In this document: positions 58,573-64,000 of the stretch, one piece after another
Layout: each line of letters opens with the position of its first letter
How positions within the stretch are numbered: the first letter of the stretch is position 1
Source of the DNA: Parcubacteria group bacterium
GTDB lineage: Bacteria; Patescibacteriota; Microgenomatia; UBA1400; PJMF01
Assembly (NCBI GenBank): GCA_943350175.1
Contig: CALQZX010000004.1
Span: 7,214-71,213, forward strand
Direction: 5' to 3'
DNA length: 64,000 nucleotides
The notes under the pieces: generated by a model
The model's database searches: none
What the model was told of the DNA's origin: nothing
Seen by the model: only the letters and a program-made list of their open reading frames with translations
Program-made: the position numbers and the translations under genes

Positions 58573-60324
58573 TTATCCGGTAAAGATAGAGTGGAAGCTC
58601 AAAAACTTTTCTAGTAAGAAAAAGTAATCTAGATGCTCACGCAAAGAGTCTATTAACAAATTAATTTGGTAAAAGAGATAAAAACTAAGCTCGCCAGCTT
58701 CAAAATTTTGTTTTGATTCATCAGCCAATTTATTTAAAGCATCTATTTTCTGTTGGTCTGGAGTTTTTTCAATAACCTCCAAGTTCACAAGGCTAGAAGA
58801 GTCTCTAGAATAATCTATTTTGACCAGCAGCTGATCGATCTTATTAAAATCACTTGCTTCATCCAACAAGTCACCAATGTTTACTAGCTGCAAACTAGCG
58901 TTCTGATCATAAAGATAAATTTTCATCTCATCCAATAATTCTTCGCTTAGACCAGCCATGTTTAAAAGTAAATTAAATTTGGCTGAGGCAGGTTTGGGGT
59001 AATAGATTAATTTATAATCTTCACCAATTTTTTCCTGATCACCAACATCTCCAGATATTTCCTCGGTGATAATTTGTGGCTGTTCAAGCTGCAAACCACT
59101 TTCATCAGCTAAAGAAAAAATAACTTCTTTTGGCAGAACAAACAGCAAATAGCTCAAGTCAGTAAAGCTTGGCGTAAAAAGTCGCAGTGACTCTATTTCA
59201 TCTGTTCTTTCTGAGAGAAGACCGTATTCAAAAAGTGGATCCTTGATAGAAAAATCATGTTGCTCTGTCAAATAATCACTAATCAGAAAGAAATGTTTGT
59301 TAGTCGCAGCAATTTGTACCCTATCCTCAATCAAACTATCTCGTAACTTGACCAATAACTCAGAGCTCTCCTCCTTAAAATAGTTAAATTCCAATTTGGG
59401 AAATAAGTTGCCGCTTTCATCACTTAATATCTTTGATAAACGACTAATCGCCAACCAATTCACCAGGCCATCAGCAATATAGCCATCACTTTGACCCATT
59501 AGCCAGAGATTTAAGGACCAAGGATTAATCTCCTCGCCGTCTGGCAAGAACTGGTAACCATGAGCCCGCAGCAACATTGCCGCAGAACTGACTGCGCAAG
59601 CCCAATTACTCATTGTAGGATTTTCGCTCCATAGATTGGCGTGATCGTAGATATGATTTGCCCACGACGGATCATTTTGTTTAAAAAGAACATCTCCAGA
59701 CTTAAATTCGCGCACCTCAATTTGGTCAAAATATGCTTGTGAATGTGACACAGAACCTGTGGAAATTTTCAGGCCAAATTTTCCACCATAAATTGGTGGG
59801 GACCAAAACTGATCAGTAGTAAAAATCTTCACTCCATCGATAAATAATTCAATTTTTTCTTTGGAATAAAGCAGGTGCATTAAATAATTACGGTTGAGTT
59901 CTAAAACAAAAGGTATTCCAGCTCGATGCAGAGAAAAACCATTGCGAATATCTTCCACAATTAGCTGGCTATTATAGAAATGAAAATCATAAAAATTTGC
60001 AGCATCTCTCATGCCTATTACAAAATTTTTATCAGTGTTGTCAAAAACCTTAAAAATGAAATCAACCTCATACTCATCCATGCCTTGCCAATCTTCATCT
60101 TTTGGCACAATTGTGCTCAATTTAGATGACTGTGAAATCTTCGCGTATAAAGCCTGATTAGTGATCTGCCAATAACTCATCAGTCCATTCACAAGGGTCC
60201 ACTTGTCTAAGTTACCAGAAAAATCATCACTAAAAGTCCTTTGTGCAAAAGCTGGCTTGGTGCTAAAAAAATAACAAAATGCGAAAAAACCTAAGAAATA
60301 ATTTTTCATTATTTCTATTATCAA
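58573..60324 (-). CDS. Secreted protein with a ConA/LamG-like domain and a C39-like peptidase domain
   Basis: Signal peptide, FSDDFS beta-sandwich; QNDP.W, WACAVSS, HF, IKDP. Confidence 0.65.
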   Translation of the reverse strand: MIIEIMKNYFLGFFAFCYFFSTKPAFAQRTFSDDFSGNLDKWTLVNGLMSYWQITNQALYAKISQSSKLSTIVPKDEDWQGMDEYEVDFIFKVFDNTDKNFVIGMRDAANFYDFHFYNSQLIVEDIRNGFSLHRAGIPFVLELNRNYLMHLLYSKEKIELFIDGVKIFTTDQFWSPPIYGGKFGLKISTGSVSHSQAYFDQIEVREFKSGDVLFKQNDPSWANHIYDHANLWSENPTMSNWACAVSSAAMLLRAHGYQFLPDGEEINPWSLNLWLMGQSDGYIADGLVNWLAISRLSKILSDESGNLFPKLEFNYFKEESSELLVKLRDSLIEDRVQIAATNKHFFLISDYLTEQHDFSIKDPLFEYGLLSERTDEIESLRLFTPSFTDLSYLLFVLPKEVIFSLADESGLQLEQPQIITEEISGDVGDQEKIGEDYKLIYYPKPASAKFNLLLNMAGLSEELLDEMKIYLYDQNASLQLVNIGDLLDEASDFNKIDQLLVKIDYSRDSSSLVNLEVIEKTPDQQKIDALNKLADESKQNFEAGELSFYLFYQINLLIDSLREHLDYFFLLEKFLSFHSIFTG

Positions 60325-60358
60325 TTGGCCAAATTACAAGAAGTGTAACAAAAATGGT

Positions 60359-61759
60359 TTACCTAGCAATAGAGTAGTTATTTAAATAGCGCAGAAATAT
60401 TGCTGGAGGATCCTCTAGTAGAAATTGCTGAAACTCCTGATAGATGGTTCTACGCTCTTCTAAATCAAGAGTTTTGCGACCTTTTTCCAGCAAACTATCT
60501 ATTCTAGTATTTTTATAATGAGTGAAATTAGTTGGTTGAGAAGAATGCCACATGAAGTATTGGTCTGGATCAATCGAAGATTCTTGGCCGATTAGCAAAA
60601 GTTGATAATCACCTAAGTCTGGAAAATTGCTAATTTTAATATTAATTTTAATATTTAGATTCTGACACAAGGCCTTATCTTTAATATCCTTATTTACCTG
60701 GCATTTCTCAATAGCATTTGGAGAGAACTCCTCCCATTCTTTCTTAATCGCTTCTGCCTCATCGATAAAATTAGAACTAGTAGTCAACTCAAATTGCAAA
60801 GGAGTTCTAGGCAAATCACTCATCAAACGCTCAATGGCGCGTTCAAAATCTTTAGCATAATCCTTCCCACCCTGCAGATAAGCCCAGGAGTTTGGATTGA
60901 TTGGACCAATTGCTCTAGAGCCTGGATAATCTTTTGTCAAAATGTAGGATAAAGCCTGTCTAACATTCTTAGTAATCAGAGGATCTGAGTTGTTGAAAAA
61001 AACAGCTAGATAACGATCATAGGCTAATTCTTTGGCTAATTCTAATTTTGGCCAATCGCACAGATCATAGCAACCAGAGATATTGAGAAGAACATCAACC
61101 TCACCTTTTTTAAAAGCATTAACCGCTTCATTTTCCGTCAAGTAAAAACGATAAATATATCTGGCATCTGGTCCATCAATTTTAAATTCAGAGAGATTGT
61201 TTCCCTTTAATTTATAATCAAGCATTTTGTACTGACCAATACCAATAATTTTCATTTTCTTCTGAGATAGGACTTTTTTCTCCCACTCCACTCTGAGGAT
61301 TGGCTCGGATACAGAAACAGTAAAAGGAGTAAAAGCTTCTGGGAGAGTAAAGATTACTTCGTTTGGGGTGCTGATTGTTTGTACATCAGAAAAATTATAA
61401 CCGACATCCTCAGGCTTTAGATATCTACCATCTTGCCATTTGATGTCTTTTTTTAAGATAAAACGATATTGTTTGCCATCATCTTCAACCACCCATCTAT
61501 CGGCCAATAAAGGTTCTGCTTGCAAAGAGGGGCCAATCTTAGTTAAACCAGCACTCAGCTGGCTTTTGATTGATTTTGGCAGATCAGTCAGTGTGTATTC
61601 ACCAACAATCGCCACATAAGTAGTTTTTTTGAAAGCTAATTTTTTATCAATTAAAGGCAATAAAAAAGAAAAAAACAATAAAGCGACAGCAATAGATAAA
61701 AGAAAAATCAAGCCATGCTTGCGCACGTAACTGCTGATGTACCAATATAATTTACGCAT
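60359..61759 (-). CDS. Family 5 (peptide/nickel) ABC substrate-binding protein
   Basis: PLLA..W..EDDGKQYRF.LK....WQDG, VRQALS, DPPAIFL. Confidence 0.85.
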   Translation of the reverse strand: MRKLYWYISSYVRKHGLIFLLSIAVALLFFSFLLPLIDKKLAFKKTTYVAIVGEYTLTDLPKSIKSQLSAGLTKIGPSLQAEPLLADRWVVEDDGKQYRFILKKDIKWQDGRYLKPEDVGYNFSDVQTISTPNEVIFTLPEAFTPFTVSVSEPILRVEWEKKVLSQKKMKIIGIGQYKMLDYKLKGNNLSEFKIDGPDARYIYRFYLTENEAVNAFKKGEVDVLLNISGCYDLCDWPKLELAKELAYDRYLAVFFNNSDPLITKNVRQALSYILTKDYPGSRAIGPINPNSWAYLQGGKDYAKDFERAIERLMSDLPRTPLQFELTTSSNFIDEAEAIKKEWEEFSPNAIEKCQVNKDIKDKALCQNLNIKINIKISNFPDLGDYQLLLIGQESSIDPDQYFMWHSSQPTNFTHYKNTRIDSLLEKGRKTLDLEERRTIYQEFQQFLLEDPPAIFLRYLNNYSIAR

Positions 61760-61776
61760 TTTACTTAGATCAATTA

Positions 61777-61992
61777 CTAGATCAATAAAAGAGCGATAGA
61801 GTTAACTACAAAAAGTAGTAAGAAAAAAATAGTTGTGTAATACAATAATTTTTCTACTCCTTTTCTAGTGTGATAGGTTTCACCGGAACCACCAAATAAG
61901 CCATTTCCACCCTCAGTCCCAGGTTGCAAAAGCACCAGTGCGACTAAAATTATGGATACAAAAAGCTGGCCAGCTAACAAAAAACTGCTCAT
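61777..61992 (-). CDS. secG: Preprotein translocase subunit SecG
   Basis: LVLLQ, GLFGG, TRKGVEK, two TM helices. Confidence 0.88.
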   Translation of the reverse strand: MSSFLLAGQLFVSIILVALVLLQPGTEGGNGLFGGSGETYHTRKGVEKLLYYTTIFFLLLFVVNSIALLLI

Positions 61993-62020
61993 ATATTGTC
62001 AATTTTACTCTATTTTTATT

Positions 62021-63649
62021 TTATTTAGTAACTGCTTGCTCACGATATTCACGAATGACAGTCACGGTCACATTTCCAGGAACCATCACTTCTTTTTGCA
62101 CTCGATCGCGAATCTTATTGGCTAAAACAGTAACATCGTCATCCTTGCTCTTCTCTGGAATTAAGATAACTCTCAATTCACGTCCAGCTTGAATAGCATA
62201 AGCCTGCTTTACCTCTTCATAAGACATGGCAATGGCTTCTAAAGCAGATAATCTCTTGATATAGTCTTCATGATTCTCGTAACGAGCACCTGGTCTGGCA
62301 CCGGAAATAGCATCAGCAATGTAAACTGCCATGGACTCTGGACTAGAGAAAGGCTCATCTTCATGATGCTGAGCAATACAGTCGATGACCTCTTGTGATA
62401 TGTTGAATTGTTTGGCAATACGAACACCTGCCTGAACATGACTTTCATCATGATTACCAGAGATCTTACCAATGTCATGAAGCAAACAACCTAGCTTGAC
62501 CACATTAGCATCTAAGCCGAGTTCGTTGGCAATACTGGTACCCATCTTGGTTTCCTCGATGGTGTGTTTGATCATGTTTTGACCATAAGAGAAACGATAT
62601 TTAAAACGACCCAACATGGAAATTAAACCATTTGGAATGTTATAAACACCGACTTCATGAATTAATTTCTTACCAGCATCAAAAGTGATTCTGTCAATTT
62701 CTTGTTCAACTTTGTCGACAATTTCTTCGATTCTGGCTGGCTGAATACGACCATCTTTAATCAAGCGTTCCATGGAAACACGAGCTATTTCACGACGAAC
62801 TGGATCAAAACTAGATAGCTTAATCTCAGTTGGAGATGTATCTAAATCAATTTCCACTCCGGTACGACGCTCAAAAGCGTGGATATTTCTACCACTCTTA
62901 CCAATGATTTTGCCTTTAATTTCTTCTGAAGGAATATTGACCACAGAAATCGTATATTCAGCAACGTAATCAGTGGCGCCATGACGCATAGCATCAATTA
63001 AAATTTCTTGAGCTTTTTCATCTGCTTCAAGTTTGGCACTTTCTTCTTTTTGAGCCACCATTTGAGCCATTTCGTGACTCAATTTTTTCTCTAGACCTTC
63101 AAAAAGAATTACTTTGGCCTGATCTTTGGAATAACCAGAAATTTCTTCGAGTTTTTGAAGTGTCTTGGATTTGGATTCTTCCAACTTGACTCTTTGAACT
63201 TCCAAGTCTTTCTTCAGTAGATCAACTCGCTCTTCTTTCTGGTCAATTTGCTCAAATCTAAAATCAAGCTTGTCTAGCTTACTTTGCAAATCTCTTTGCT
63301 GAGTAGCCATTTCTTGCTCAATGCGACGAGTTTCTTTTTCGATCTTGGAGCGAATTTCCAAAGATTCATCCTTGGCTTCAACGATGATTTCTCTAGCCTT
63401 AGATCTGGCGTCACGCACAAGCGATTCAGCTTCTTGCTTGGCTTTTTCTATTAAAGAATTAGCATCAGCCACCATTGCTGGTGTTGGAGCTGCTGGAGCA
63501 ACTGGCTTGGCTGGTTTAGCCTGCTTAGCTCGATTAACCTGATTCTGTTGTTGTGACTTGATAAAAGAAGCCTTAGCATCAGCTTTGGCTTTTTTCTTGA
63601 CTTCATCTTCCGCTGAAAACAGCGTTGATAGATTACTAAAAAATGACAT
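62021..63649 (-). CDS. rny: Ribonuclease Y
   Basis: Coiled coil, KH GKIIGKSGRNI, SYGQN, LLHDIGK, ADAISGARPGAR, YAIQAGRE; start ATG 63649. Confidence 0.95.
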   Translation of the reverse strand: MSFFSNLSTLFSAEDEVKKKAKADAKASFIKSQQQNQVNRAKQAKPAKPVAPAAPTPAMVADANSLIEKAKQEAESLVRDARSKAREIIVEAKDESLEIRSKIEKETRRIEQEMATQQRDLQSKLDKLDFRFEQIDQKEERVDLLKKDLEVQRVKLEESKSKTLQKLEEISGYSKDQAKVILFEGLEKKLSHEMAQMVAQKEESAKLEADEKAQEILIDAMRHGATDYVAEYTISVVNIPSEEIKGKIIGKSGRNIHAFERRTGVEIDLDTSPTEIKLSSFDPVRREIARVSMERLIKDGRIQPARIEEIVDKVEQEIDRITFDAGKKLIHEVGVYNIPNGLISMLGRFKYRFSYGQNMIKHTIEETKMGTSIANELGLDANVVKLGCLLHDIGKISGNHDESHVQAGVRIAKQFNISQEVIDCIAQHHEDEPFSSPESMAVYIADAISGARPGARYENHEDYIKRLSALEAIAMSYEEVKQAYAIQAGRELRVILIPEKSKDDDVTVLANKIRDRVQKEVMVPGNVTVTVIREYREQAVTK

Positions 63650-63902
63650 GATTACCTTCCGTCTAGGTAAGAACAAGCTTGAATGAATTTTGGAAAAACT
63701 TCTCAAAATTTGAGGAGTTCTGCGGGATTATTTTATTGGTGTCAGGCAAACAATTTGCATACTGATAATTAAAGTTAAGATTCCAAAAAATATACTCGAC
63801 CAAAATTCTTAAGCAATTAGCTTATTCTTACTAAATAATAAATTTTAACAAATACTGACTTTGATTATAATGAAAAATGACTCAAAAGTCAAAGACACAA
63901 GG

Positions 63903-64000
63903 CTATTCTTCTTGGATTTTTTTCCAAATAGCTTGTTCGATTTCTTTCATTAATTTTTTGTCTTCTTTAAATTTATCCTTGACTGCCTCGCGACCCTGAG
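63903..64000 (-). CDS. recA: RecA, C-terminal fragment truncated by the window edge
   Basis: QGREAVKDKFKEDKKLMKEIEQAI resembles the RecA C-terminus; recA-rny order is common. Confidence 0.75.
   Translation of the reverse strand, partial: QGREAVKDKFKEDKKLMKEIEQAIWKKIQEE

Overview
AT-rich, gene-dense bacterial chromosome segment in the standard genetic code. Gene content and style suggest a Patescibacteria/CPR organism, probably Microgenomates-like (inference only). Housekeeping genes: RecD-like helicase, queA, glmS, DEAD-box helicase, rpoD, map, M29 aminopeptidase, UvrD-nuclease, Dus, secG, rny and the 3' end of recA. Other genes: a MacAB-type ABC exporter with an OmpR-family two-component system, five ATP-grasp ligases, redox genes and many orphans. 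Non-coding highlights: (i) a tRNA-Asn(GTT) split at anticodon position 35/36 by a 256-nt group I intron; (ii) just downstream of it, a tandem array of three integrase-free gene cassettes (about 0.95, 3.3 and 1.35 kb) bounded by hybrid repeats that share a GACCAAGC-like core and tRNA 3'-end fragments, the best candidate for an undescribed system; (iii) a variant glmS ribozyme with a compensatory core change and two insertions; (iv) an rpoD leader that folds into one 165-nt hairpin behind a 30-bp perfect palindrome; (v) a two-gene operon, divergent from a Crp/Fnr regulator, encoding a small secreted protein and a large anchored protein built from the same NTGxNxQ repeat (candidate surface fibre). 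No database searches or folding programs were run; all calls come from reading motifs by eye.
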